Assembly: GCA_051439605.1 (NCBI GenBank)
Contig: JBFRWN010000107.1
Span: forward strand, 1 to 53,890
Reading direction: 5' to 3'
Source of the DNA: Synechococcus sp.
GTDB lineage: Bacteria > Cyanobacteriota > Cyanobacteriia > Thermostichales > PCC-7336
DNA length: 53,890 nt
In this document: one piece after another, positions 1 to 8,975 of the stretch
Position numbering within the stretch: position 1 is the stretch's first letter
How the letters are laid out: the number at the start of each line of letters is the position of its first letter
Notes under the pieces: generated by a model
Told to the model about the DNA's origin: nothing
Database searches by the model: none
Seen by the model: only the letters and a program-made list of their open reading frames with translations
Translations under genes and position numbers: made by a program

Positions 1-289
1 CCGGAGCCACAGACTGGTAATAGTCAGCGATCGGGTCGCTGGGAAACAGTTCTGGATCGATAAAGCGCTGCATCCAAAACACGTGCTGCCGTGCATCATC
101 CTGAATGGTGTAGGGCACCTGAAACGCCTCCAACAGCCCCATGACGCTAAATCCCAGCCCGAACAGCACGCTGACCAGCAGCCAGAACCGCACGTGGGGG
201 GACGTCCACTTCGTTCCCGGAGCAAACAGCGCTCGTCGTATGCCTTCAATCCCTTTCCCCACAGTCCCGAGCACAGTTTTACCACCCAA
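1..289 (-). CDS. 5' part of a GT-C-like multi-pass membrane protein, paralog of 5477-7294; runs off the left edge. Start uncertain (TTG 289, GTG 274 or GTG 262)
   Basis: Manual minus-strand translation gives RFWLLVSVLFGLGFSVMGLLEAFQVPYTIQDDARQHVFWMQRFIDPELFPSDPIADYYQSVAP, nearly identical to IQDDARQHVFWMQRFIDPASFPNDAIADYFQSVAP in 5477-7294. Absent from the ORF track because its stop is outside the window. Confidence 0.85.
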   Translation of the reverse strand, partial: MGGKTVLGTVGKGIEGIRRALFAPGTKWTSPHVRFWLLVSVLFGLGFSVMGLLEAFQVPYTIQDDARQHVFWMQRFIDPELFPSDPIADYYQSVAP

Positions 290-564
290 CTTTTTGTTCC
301 CCCCTCTGCCTAAAAACAACGGGGAATAGACGTGCGATTGCTAAAGAACAAAGTCACGAGAGAACAAATCCAACGGAGATCGCTTCCACTTGTAGTCTGT
401 CGATAGTACTGAATACCGCTTGTTACAGAATAGCGATCGGTGAAAGCCATTGCACAAGTCTCTCCCAACAATTGCGAGTCTCCTCCAACAATTGCGACCT
501 TGGCATCTCTCCCTGCCCCAGCCCTTCCAGCAGCCAAACTGTCAATTGAAATTGAATCAGCTCA

Positions 565-659
565 TAGAGCTTGTGACATTTCAGTTGGGACAGAGGAATC
601 TATGCCCAGTCAGTGATTGGGATAGCTGAAATGTCCTAAGCGACTTTACGGTCGCTATA
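565..659 (-). mobile_element. 95-bp MITE-like repeat, copy A
   Basis: Reverse complement reads TATAGCGACCGTAAAGTCGCTTAGGACATTTCAGC...TGTCCCAACTGAAATG...GCTCTA; same length and register as 46198-46292. Confidence 0.8.
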
Positions 660-778
660 CTGACCTGTCACCGCATCGATGAGAAAAAGCCCCACTTCGC
701 CTATTACGCCTATTAAAAGTTAGGGATAGTCCGTATAAGATATGGCTATCTATTGCTTGCGATTGCCAGGGGTGTACC

Positions 779-2542
779 GTGCTCAAAAACCGTATCCTGC
801 TGGCGGGTTTGTTCCTATTCGGTGTCAGCAGTTCTATCGGTATGGGTGGCCCCCATGGTTTTGGCCGTAAAGCCCAGGCGCTAGAGTATCGCGAAATTGC
901 CGTGGGGATTGTTCCTCATCCCTCTCAAGACGACCTGATAATCCTGCAACAGGGGGAAAGTAGCGGATTGCGGCTAGGCGATCGCGGTTTTATCACCCTG
1001 AATGGTTACTCCGTCACCGAATCTGCCCATTTCGAGAGCACCGACATTCCCTTTACCATTATTGAACTAGATGAGAGGAGCGCCACTGCTCAACTCGCCA
1101 CCCCTATTCAACCGCTGTCCTCGATTTCTGCCAGCATCCTCGTCCTAGATATTCTCCCTACGGATCTGCAGCCCCCTAACCCCAATCTACCGATCGCCTC
1201 TCCCTCTGGATCCGCAAGCACGGGCCGCCAAGCGGGCTTTTCCCCTATGCCTGTGTCAGACAGTAATTCTAATGCGATCGCTTCCAGCGAGAGTGTTGCA
1301 ACGGATCTCTCTCAATCCACTCAACGATTGGTTCTCAATCGAGACTGGTCAGAGCCAAACACTACCCAATTGTGCGGACCAGAGGTGGGGGGTGCATTTT
1401 TCGCCTCTATCCCCCCCGATCTCTGTGCGCAGGTCAGCCGAGAAGACCTGCTCGTGCAAGCACTGGTTGCCGGTCAACACCCCGCTGAGGTTGACCCTGC
1501 TGATGCCATCGGTGTCACAGCGCTGCATCGAGGAGATGCCCGCCTCCGGTCCGTAGTACGCTTTTACCTGCGGAACCCAGACACCCCACGCGCTCGCGTG
1601 GCGCTCGCCCAAGAATACCTACGCTTGCAACACTTCCAGCAGTCATTAGCTTGGCTAGCGGACATGACAGATGTTGAATTTGCCGATCCTCGGCTGTCGG
1701 ATGCCGCCACCCACAGCCAGATGTATGCCGCCTACCATACTGGCGACTATGCCACGACCATCGCATTGAGCTCCCAATTAGTCGAACCTACCTCGTATCA
1801 ACGAAATCTAGTTGCCGCTGCCCAATATCAACTGAAGGAATACGATGCAGCCATCGACACTTTGGCAGACCTGCCCCCATTGACAGAAGTCCTGAACAAC
1901 CACGCCATTGTCCGCTATCAACTCGATCGCCCAGTGCTGGACTGTGACGATGAGTGCTCGTCAGAAGAGGCGATCGCCGCCGAAACTCAGCGTCAGTATG
2001 CAGCTCGCCCTTTACTGGAGGGCATTAGCAAACCCCACCCCATCTCCAGCTACAACCTCGCGGTTTTGAATATCCACCAACGGGAATTGTCCGAAGCGAT
2101 GAACCAGTTCTTGGAAATCCACCGCGAGATTACAGCCACCACTCCTGCCGAACCCAGCAGCACCGTCAGTCCCGCGATGCTGGAACCCCCTCCGTTTGAC
2201 CCCACCTTGAATCAACTCAAGTTAGAACTCTTGCAGTACGTCGAGAATCACGACGACAGCATGGCCTACTTGGCCCAGCTGGGCTGGGAGGGAGGCACGG
2301 GGCTTCCAGCTGACTTGGGGAATGTGGCAGGCATTGCGGGCTCGTTTGCAGGGATTGGGTCATTTATCCCGCTCGCCCTCTTCAATCTCGCGTCCTATGC
2401 CTCTGCACAACAACAGCAGGAGGCAATCGTCGACCATATTCAATACGAACTGACATCCCTTTACGGTTCGGACCTCGACCTACTCCCAATTGTGCGTCCC
2501 CCCGACCCCGCTAGCATCGATCCGTTTGCCTCACCGAATTAG
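779..2542 (+). CDS. Exported protein with probable TPR-like repeats
   Basis: 587-aa ORF; signal-peptide-like N-terminus (basic, hydrophobic, AQA); helical repeats such as ARVALAQEYLRL, YQLKEYDAAID, YNLAVLNIHQRELSEAM; Gly-rich hydrophobic stretch near the C-terminus. Confidence 0.65.
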   Translation: MLKNRILLAGLFLFGVSSSIGMGGPHGFGRKAQALEYREIAVGIVPHPSQDDLIILQQGESSGLRLGDRGFITLNGYSVTESAHFESTDIPFTIIELDERSATAQLATPIQPLSSISASILVLDILPTDLQPPNPNLPIASPSGSASTGRQAGFSPMPVSDSNSNAIASSESVATDLSQSTQRLVLNRDWSEPNTTQLCGPEVGGAFFASIPPDLCAQVSREDLLVQALVAGQHPAEVDPADAIGVTALHRGDARLRSVVRFYLRNPDTPRARVALAQEYLRLQHFQQSLAWLADMTDVEFADPRLSDAATHSQMYAAYHTGDYATTIALSSQLVEPTSYQRNLVAAAQYQLKEYDAAIDTLADLPPLTEVLNNHAIVRYQLDRPVLDCDDECSSEEAIAAETQRQYAARPLLEGISKPHPISSYNLAVLNIHQRELSEAMNQFLEIHREITATTPAEPSSTVSPAMLEPPPFDPTLNQLKLELLQYVENHDDSMAYLAQLGWEGGTGLPADLGNVAGIAGSFAGIGSFIPLALFNLASYASAQQQQEAIVDHIQYELTSLYGSDLDLLPIVRPPDPASIDPFASPN

Positions 2543-2793
2543 TGGAGCAGTCTGCTTCTTTAGACTCTCTCCCATTACTCTCCTTCTTCTTGTCAGCGAT
2601 CTACCCCCGCGAAACGATTGTGCTTTACTCTCGATAGCGTCATTGATAGCTATGGCCAAGTCAGTGAGCCCTGCTTTCGCAGTCCTCACTCAGGGGTTCG
2701 ACTAATGACAATCCTCAGTGAATGGATAACCGCGATCCGTTACATTCGCTGCTCGCCCACAACGTTTCCCCCTTTCCTGTCAGTCCGGCTTCG

Positions 2794-3765
2794 ATGACTA
2801 AACTGATTATTCAAATCCCCTGCTACAACGAAGAAGCCTCTTTGGGAATTACCCTGAAGGCCCTTCCCCGGCAGGTTCCCGGAATCGATCGCGTGGAATG
2901 GCTGATTATCAACGACGGTAGCAGCGATCGCACCGTGGAAGTGGCCCAACAGCATGGAGTCGATCGGGTGGTTAGCTTTTCCACCAACCAGGGGCTCGCC
3001 AAAGCCTTCATGGCTGGCTTGGAGGCCTGTCTTCAGGCTGGGGCAGACATTATCGTCAACACCGACGCTGACAATCAATACTGTGCGGATGATATTCCTG
3101 CTCTCGTTGCCCCCATCCTCAAGGGGGAGGCAGACATGGTGATTGGGGCCAGACCCATCTGGCAAACGGAGCATTTTTCTCCACTCAAGAAGGTGCTGCA
3201 AAACATCGGGAGTGGCGTCGTCAGAGCAGCTAGCAAAAGTAACGTGCGGGATGCCCCCAGCGGATTTCGCGCCTTTAGCCGCACTGGCGCCATGCAGCTC
3301 AATGTATTCAACCAATACACCTACACTCTGGAAACCATCATTCAGGCGGGCAGCAAGGGGATGAAAATTGTGTCGGTCCCCATCCGCACCAACCCCGATC
3401 TGCGCCCCTCCCGCTTGGTCAGCAACATGCGGTCCTACGTTTGGCGATCGGGGACCACTATCCTGCGGTTCTACATGCTGTACCAGCCCCTGAAATTTTT
3501 CCTGATTTTGGGAAGTGTACCGCTGGGTACCGGCTTTCTTCTGGGATTGCGCTGGCTGCTGTTTTTAATGATGGGCACCGAACGCACCCGCATACCCAGC
3601 TTGATTCTCGCCGCTATTCTGATTCTGATCGGTGTGCAGCTGTGGGTTCTGGGTTTGGTGGCGGATTTGCTGGCAGCCAACCGCAAGTTGTTGGAGGAAA
3701 ATCGGGTGCGCCTTAGGCGCTTGGAAATCGAGCGCCTGCAGTCCAGCTCCCGAGACTCCCACTGA
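2794..3765 (+). CDS. Glycosyltransferase family 2, polyprenyl-phosphate sugar synthase (DPM1-like) with two C-terminal TM helices
   Basis: IQIPCYNEE, INDGSSD, TDADNQY (DxD) and SGFRAF motifs; start refined to ATG 2794. Confidence 0.9.
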   Translation: MTKLIIQIPCYNEEASLGITLKALPRQVPGIDRVEWLIINDGSSDRTVEVAQQHGVDRVVSFSTNQGLAKAFMAGLEACLQAGADIIVNTDADNQYCADDIPALVAPILKGEADMVIGARPIWQTEHFSPLKKVLQNIGSGVVRAASKSNVRDAPSGFRAFSRTGAMQLNVFNQYTYTLETIIQAGSKGMKIVSVPIRTNPDLRPSRLVSNMRSYVWRSGTTILRFYMLYQPLKFFLILGSVPLGTGFLLGLRWLLFLMMGTERTRIPSLILAAILILIGVQLWVLGLVADLLAANRKLLEENRVRLRRLEIERLQSSSRDSH

Positions 3766-3865
3766 TCGTTACTGTTCCGATTCCCCGCGTGGGTGGCTAG
3801 ACAAGAGGGACGGGCAGTGGGATAACGGGCAGTGGACTCCAAGGGGGGATTGTTAGAGGTGTGTT

Positions 3866-5473
3866 GTGACAAAAGATGGTTTTGCCCGCGAAGCGTTGGC
3901 TCACATTCCAAAATTGCTGACGTTACAAGATCGCAATCCCCATAGCCCTACCTATGGCTGTTTTGACCGCAACTTTTGGCACTACAAAATCGTTGATTTC
4001 CCCAGCGGCATGGCCCAAGAGTTCGTCTGGCCCCTAGCATTGGCCTACGATACCGATGCCCCCGGCAACTCCTTTTATCGCCAGCAAAATTTGCGCCAGT
4101 GGGTGGAGGCGGGGATTGTCTATGCCGCCCGCAGCGCCCACCCCGATGGGTCTTGCGATGACTATTTCCCCTTCGAAAGGGCCAGCGGAGCGGCGGCCTT
4201 CTCGCTGTTGGCCTGCATCGAGAGCTACAAGCTGCTTCAGCTGCATAGACCGGAAGTGCTAGAGTTCTTTGCCCGCCGCGCCACTTGGCTATCCAAGCAC
4301 CACGAAAGCGGCAGACTCACGAACCACCAAGCCCTGATCGCCCTGTGTCTGACGCTGCTGGGCAAACTGACAGGGTCTCGGGAATGGGAGCCCGCCAAGC
4401 AGCAACGGCTAGAGCGGGTGCTGGCGTGGCAAAGCGCGGAGGGATGGTTTCAGGAATACGAAGGCTGCGATCCTGGCTATCACACTCTAACGATTACCTG
4501 TTTGGCTTGGCTGGAGCAGTTAGAACCCAGCGTTCGCCTCAAGGCTGCTTTAACAAAAGCGGTGCGCCTTGCCGCCCATTTTGTCCATCCCGATGGCTCT
4601 TACGGCGGGGAATATACCAGCCGTAATACGTACAACTTCTTCCCCTACGGCTTCGAAGTTGTCGGGCAGTGGCTGCCGGAGGCCTTGGATATCAACGATC
4701 GCTACCTACAAGGGCTGCAGCGGGGGTTGGCCCCTTGCTATGCTGACGACCACATCATCGGTCACCACGCCTGGAATTATCTATTAGCTTGGCGAGAATT
4801 TATAGGGGCGCGACCCCCGCAACCCCTGCGGCTCCCGCAGCGGGTCTGGTTACCGCAGGCCCGCCTGCTGATCGATCGCCGCCATACCACCGAATTATTT
4901 CTAGCCCTCAATAAAGGGGGCACGTTTAAGCTATTTCGCGATGGAGAACTGGTGGCGTCAGACACCCAGGTCTCGCTGCAGGTGCAAGAGGGTAAGCGCC
5001 TGCGCAACGCAGTCGGTCATCTAGTAGACCAATACGACCTTGGGGATTTGCCCCTTCAGGAACCGACGGACGAGATCGTCATCTCCGGTCGGTTGGGCTG
5101 GGCCAAGCAAAAACAGATGACTCCCATCAACCTACTGATTTTGCGGGGGGTGATGCTGACGGTGGGTCGGTTTTTCCCTAACCTGATTCGCAAGCTGTTG
5201 CAACGGCTGCTGATTGTAGGCAAGTCCGATACCCCCTTTTCGTTTACCCGAACTTTTCGCTGGCAGGACGATCGTTGGATTGTGACGGACCGAGTTGAGG
5301 CGGACAATTGGGAGAGAGTGGTGAGTGGAGGCATTGGCTGCGATCAAACATCCATCTACGTGGTGATGAGCCGTACCTTCCAGGCGGGGCAGCTGCAGCC
5401 CTGGATAAACCTCTCCGAGCAAATTTCTCAGCTTAAGCCTGGAGATGCTTTTCAGCTCGAACGCAGGTTATAA
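3866..5473 (+). CDS. Soluble hypothetical protein, probable (alpha/alpha) barrel plus beta domain (heparinase II/III-like)
   Basis: Repeated HPDGS / QSAEGWFQEY..GYH and LTNH motifs; no signal peptide; 3 bp upstream of the next gene. Confidence 0.6.
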   Translation: MTKDGFAREALAHIPKLLTLQDRNPHSPTYGCFDRNFWHYKIVDFPSGMAQEFVWPLALAYDTDAPGNSFYRQQNLRQWVEAGIVYAARSAHPDGSCDDYFPFERASGAAAFSLLACIESYKLLQLHRPEVLEFFARRATWLSKHHESGRLTNHQALIALCLTLLGKLTGSREWEPAKQQRLERVLAWQSAEGWFQEYEGCDPGYHTLTITCLAWLEQLEPSVRLKAALTKAVRLAAHFVHPDGSYGGEYTSRNTYNFFPYGFEVVGQWLPEALDINDRYLQGLQRGLAPCYADDHIIGHHAWNYLLAWREFIGARPPQPLRLPQRVWLPQARLLIDRRHTTELFLALNKGGTFKLFRDGELVASDTQVSLQVQEGKRLRNAVGHLVDQYDLGDLPLQEPTDEIVISGRLGWAKQKQMTPINLLILRGVMLTVGRFFPNLIRKLLQRLLIVGKSDTPFSFTRTFRWQDDRWIVTDRVEADNWERVVSGGIGCDQTSIYVVMSRTFQAGQLQPWINLSEQISQLKPGDAFQLERRL

Positions 5474-5476
5474 ACT

Positions 5477-7294
5477 TTGCCGCAAGTCACTCGTCAATCC
5501 AACCCATCGCTCGAACCTATGGTGACTGACTCTGACGTTGGGAAAAAACCGATTCATCAGCTGCTACTGTGGCTGGGGCTCAGCATTTTCACGTCACTGC
5601 TCTACTTTGGGGCAGCCTTTCGAGAAACATTAGACCATCCTTACATCATTCAAGATGATGCGCGGCAGCACGTGTTTTGGATGCAGCGCTTTATCGATCC
5701 CGCAAGCTTCCCCAACGACGCCATTGCAGATTATTTCCAGTCCGTAGCTCCCAAAGGCTATACAGCCCTTTACCAATGGCTGTCCCCGACGATTTCGCCA
5801 TACCAATTAAGCCTTATCCTGCCAGGGATTCTCAGTGTTGCGACCGCTGTTGCCAGCTATAGGCTTGTGTGGCAGCTACTGCGGCAACCCGCGATCGCCG
5901 GTTTGGCCACAATTCTCCTGCTGCAGGCCATATGGATGGATGACGATCTCGTGTCCGCCACCCCACGGGCGTTCGCTTACCTGCTGCTGCTGTTGTTTTT
6001 CAACGGCTATGTCGCTCGCTCCCTCCTCTGGTGTGGTGCAGTCATCTCGATCCAAAGTTTCATCTATCCCCACTGCGTGCTCATTTGTGCGGGGGTGTTG
6101 GTCTTAGGAGGAATACGGGCAGCTCAGCAGCAACGCCCTTTTGCCAAGGGGTGGCCGCAGCAAAGGACCTGGCGATGGTGGTTCGATCGCTACGGTCTGT
6201 ACCTCATCGGGTTACTCATAACCGCGACAGTTCTACTGCCCTACTTCTTACAAACATCGGGGTATGGCCCCACATTGACTCTGACCGAAGCTAAAACGAT
6301 GCCCGAACTGATGCCGGGGGGAAGAAGCGAATTTTTTAACTCTAATCCGCTGGCATTCTGGTTCTGGGGGCAACGTAGCGGAGTGTTTGCTGAGGGGGAT
6401 ACAATCCCTTGGATTGCGGTTGTGGGGTTTGCATACCCGTTTCTAAACCAGTGGCGGTGGGCGAAAGTCCATCGACCGCCTGGCTGCGATCGCCTGCAAG
6501 AGCTATTGGCATGCCTGCTGCAGTCATCCCTAGCGCTATTTTTTCTGGCTCATGCGGTTGCCTTTAAGCTGCATCTCCCCGTCCGCTATACCAAGTACTC
6601 TTTCCGAATCTCGGTGGTGTTGGCGGCGGCGGTGGTCATTTGGGTTGCCATTCAGGCCCTTCTAGTCCGATACTCCGCACTGCTGCGCACATACGGTCGT
6701 CTATCTGCAATCTTGCTGCTGGGTCTATTCGTGTTTCAGCCCTTCGCCAAGGACACCTTTCCCCACAGCGCGTTTAAAACGGGGGACTATCCGGACTTAT
6801 ACCAATTTGTTTCCAGTCTGCCAAACAATACGATGTTGGCGACGATCTCCAAAGAGGCAGACAACATTCCCAGCTTCACCCATCGGTCTGTCCTCATAGC
6901 TAGAGAATATGCTATCCCCTACCAGTTGGGGTATTACCATCCATTCCGGCAACGCGTCGAAGAGACCATCGAGACCCAATACTCTGCTAATTCGCAAGAG
7001 GTGCTGGACTTTCAAACGCGATATAGCGTAACCCACTGGTTGTTGGAAAACCAGAGTTTTACCCCTGACTACTTGACTGATTATGACTGGATTCAGCACT
7101 ATCAATCTGCCAGCAATCGGGCATTGGCCAACCTAGAGCAAAACTTGCAGCCCTTTTTAGAGCAAGCGATCGCCCACTGCACGGTTTTTCGCAACCAGCG
7201 ATTTACAGTTGTAGAGACCCAATGCCTTCAAGCGTGGGATACTCATGCACGTCCCCAAGACAATCGCCCCTCTGACAATAACTCCGAAGCATGA
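5477..7294 (+). CDS. Multi-pass membrane protein, probable GT-C-fold glycosyltransferase
   Basis: Many hydrophobic segments, acidic DD motif (IQDDARQH) in the loop after TM1, soluble C-terminal domain; stop overlaps the next start (ATGA). Confidence 0.65.
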   Translation: MPQVTRQSNPSLEPMVTDSDVGKKPIHQLLLWLGLSIFTSLLYFGAAFRETLDHPYIIQDDARQHVFWMQRFIDPASFPNDAIADYFQSVAPKGYTALYQWLSPTISPYQLSLILPGILSVATAVASYRLVWQLLRQPAIAGLATILLLQAIWMDDDLVSATPRAFAYLLLLLFFNGYVARSLLWCGAVISIQSFIYPHCVLICAGVLVLGGIRAAQQQRPFAKGWPQQRTWRWWFDRYGLYLIGLLITATVLLPYFLQTSGYGPTLTLTEAKTMPELMPGGRSEFFNSNPLAFWFWGQRSGVFAEGDTIPWIAVVGFAYPFLNQWRWAKVHRPPGCDRLQELLACLLQSSLALFFLAHAVAFKLHLPVRYTKYSFRISVVLAAAVVIWVAIQALLVRYSALLRTYGRLSAILLLGLFVFQPFAKDTFPHSAFKTGDYPDLYQFVSSLPNNTMLATISKEADNIPSFTHRSVLIAREYAIPYQLGYYHPFRQRVEETIETQYSANSQEVLDFQTRYSVTHWLLENQSFTPDYLTDYDWIQHYQSASNRALANLEQNLQPFLEQAIAHCTVFRNQRFTVVETQCLQAWDTHARPQDNRPSDNNSEA

Positions 7295-8259
7295 AGCGTA
7301 CCCTTTCCATTTGCATCAGCCTATTCATTCTGGCGGTTATCTACTGGAAGATTGACGCGGGAGCAATGCTGCAGGTCTTTGCCAATAGCCATCCACTGTG
7401 GATGCCCGTCAGCTTGGGGATGGTGATTCCCCTCACGCTGCTGACCTCTTGGCGGTTGCAGCAACTGATGCCCACCCAGACCGGTCGACCCAATCCCCTC
7501 TCGTTTGCGGAGGCTAATCGCCTCATTCTGGCAGCCAGTTCGTTGAATATGGTGTTGCCCTCCAAGATGGGGGACATTGCCAAAGCCTATTTCATGCGGG
7601 AGCGCGCACAGTTGAGTGGTTCCCTATCGTTGTCGATGGTGGTGTTCGAGAAAGCCTGCGATATGCTGTCCTTGCTTCTATGGTGCGCGTTTGGGCTATT
7701 TCTTTACCCGCAAAAGGACAGCCTGTTTTGGGTCATGACCGTCTGTATTGTCACAGGTCTAATCCTGGGGATTCTGTTGTTGGGGTCGTTATCCTTCGCT
7801 TTGTTTTTCTTTCGGGCCGGGCGCAGCATCATGCCCAAAAAGTTTAAGCCCAAGTTTGACACCCTGATGGCAGCTTGGCGGGAAATGCATGACTATTTTT
7901 GGCGCGATCGCCAGCAGTTGTTCAAGATCGCTATCACTTCCATCTGCATCTGGTTCCTGCACCTGCTGCAAATCTGGCTATTTATTTTGGCCCTCAAAGC
8001 CTACGCGCCATTCTTGGCGAATCTAGCTCTATCCCCCCTCGCACTGCTGGCAGGACTGCTGCCCCTTACGTTTGCAGGGGTAGGCACCCGCGACGCCGCC
8101 CTGATTTTGTTTTATCGACCCTATTTCAACGAATCGACGGCAGCTGCGTTGGGGATTTTGGCAACTGCCCGGTACTTTTTACCGGCCATCGGGGGATTAC
8201 CCTTCTTGAGCCAATATTTATCCAAGATGCAGCGCTTGCGTCAGAAACCGTTGGCATAG
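7291..8259 (+). CDS. Lysylphosphatidylglycerol-synthase TM-domain / UPF0104 flippase-like protein
   Basis: NMVLPSKMGDIAKAY, VFEKACD and LPLTFAGVGTRD motifs; strongly hydrophobic. Confidence 0.85.
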   Translation: MKRTLSICISLFILAVIYWKIDAGAMLQVFANSHPLWMPVSLGMVIPLTLLTSWRLQQLMPTQTGRPNPLSFAEANRLILAASSLNMVLPSKMGDIAKAYFMRERAQLSGSLSLSMVVFEKACDMLSLLLWCAFGLFLYPQKDSLFWVMTVCIVTGLILGILLLGSLSFALFFFRAGRSIMPKKFKPKFDTLMAAWREMHDYFWRDRQQLFKIAITSICIWFLHLLQIWLFILALKAYAPFLANLALSPLALLAGLLPLTFAGVGTRDAALILFYRPYFNESTAAALGILATARYFLPAIGGLPFLSQYLSKMQRLRQKPLA

Positions 8260-8405
8260 ATGTGTTTGTGTCACTTGGGTTCAATGAATCCAAATATGAC
8301 CGCCTCAACAAATTTTAGGCTAGAACGCATGGCCAACTGCCTGCCTTTGTGGTTTACCTAGAGGTGCAACTCCCCTGCGATCGCCAACTTATCATTGGCA
8401 ATATC

Positions 8406-8470
8406 CATAGCTGTTGCCATCTCAGCTATCCAAAAGCCTTACGGGTCTCAGATTCGCTGTCATGATTAGA
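8406..8470. repeat. Degenerate, rearranged member of the 95-bp repeat family
   Basis: CATAGCTGTTGCCATCTCAG resembles the reverse-complemented right end; CTATCCAAAAGCC...AGATTCGCTGTC resembles the core in forward orientation. Confidence 0.45.
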
Positions 8471-8517
8471 ACTGTCCACAACAACAGGTGGAGATCGAGC
8501 TAGAGAGGAACCGAGCT

Positions 8518-8925
8518 ATGTTTGAAAGGATTTTATTTCCACTGGATCGCTCGCTAGAAACCAGCCATGCCATTGGTTTGGTGGCAGACCTAGCATTGAA
8601 ATATAACAGCACCGCCATTGTGCTTTCGGTCGTCGACACAGAGGGACTTGAGGAAGAGGCTTTAGGCCAGCAGCGCAAACTCCGCAAACAGCTCATGCAG
8701 CAGGCCTCAGCCGCCCTCCAAAAAGCTGGTCTTGACTCCGTCAAAACCATGACGTCTGAGGGGAAAGTGGCTTTTGAAATATGCAACATCGCCGACGATG
8801 AAAATGTCAGTTTGATTGTGATGGGTTGCCGTGGGGTTGGCCTAGCCGAAGATGAAGACACGACTGACAGCGTCAGTATGCGGGTGATGCAACTATCACC
8901 CTGCCCGGTGCTTATGGTGCCTTAG
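8518..8925 (+). CDS. Universal stress protein (UspA family)
   Basis: MFERILFPLD, LIVMGCRG, SVSMRV and PCPVLMVP motifs; GAGAGGA RBS before ATG 8518. Confidence 0.9.
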   Translation: MFERILFPLDRSLETSHAIGLVADLALKYNSTAIVLSVVDTEGLEEEALGQQRKLRKQLMQQASAALQKAGLDSVKTMTSEGKVAFEICNIADDENVSLIVMGCRGVGLAEDEDTTDSVSMRVMQLSPCPVLMVP

Positions 8926-8975
8926 CAGACGTATCTGAACGATTCTGATGCCCCCCAGATGACTAGCCTGTCACG

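Noticed and set aside
83..537. Short ORFs 83-313, 141-329 and 310-537
   Set aside because: The first two are antisense to the GT-C-like paralog; the third has no recognisable features.
565..659. Hairpin repeats as integron attC sites
   Set aside because: No RYYYAAC/GTTRRRY ends, no cassette array or integrase; both orientations occur and TA duplication points to a transposon derivative.
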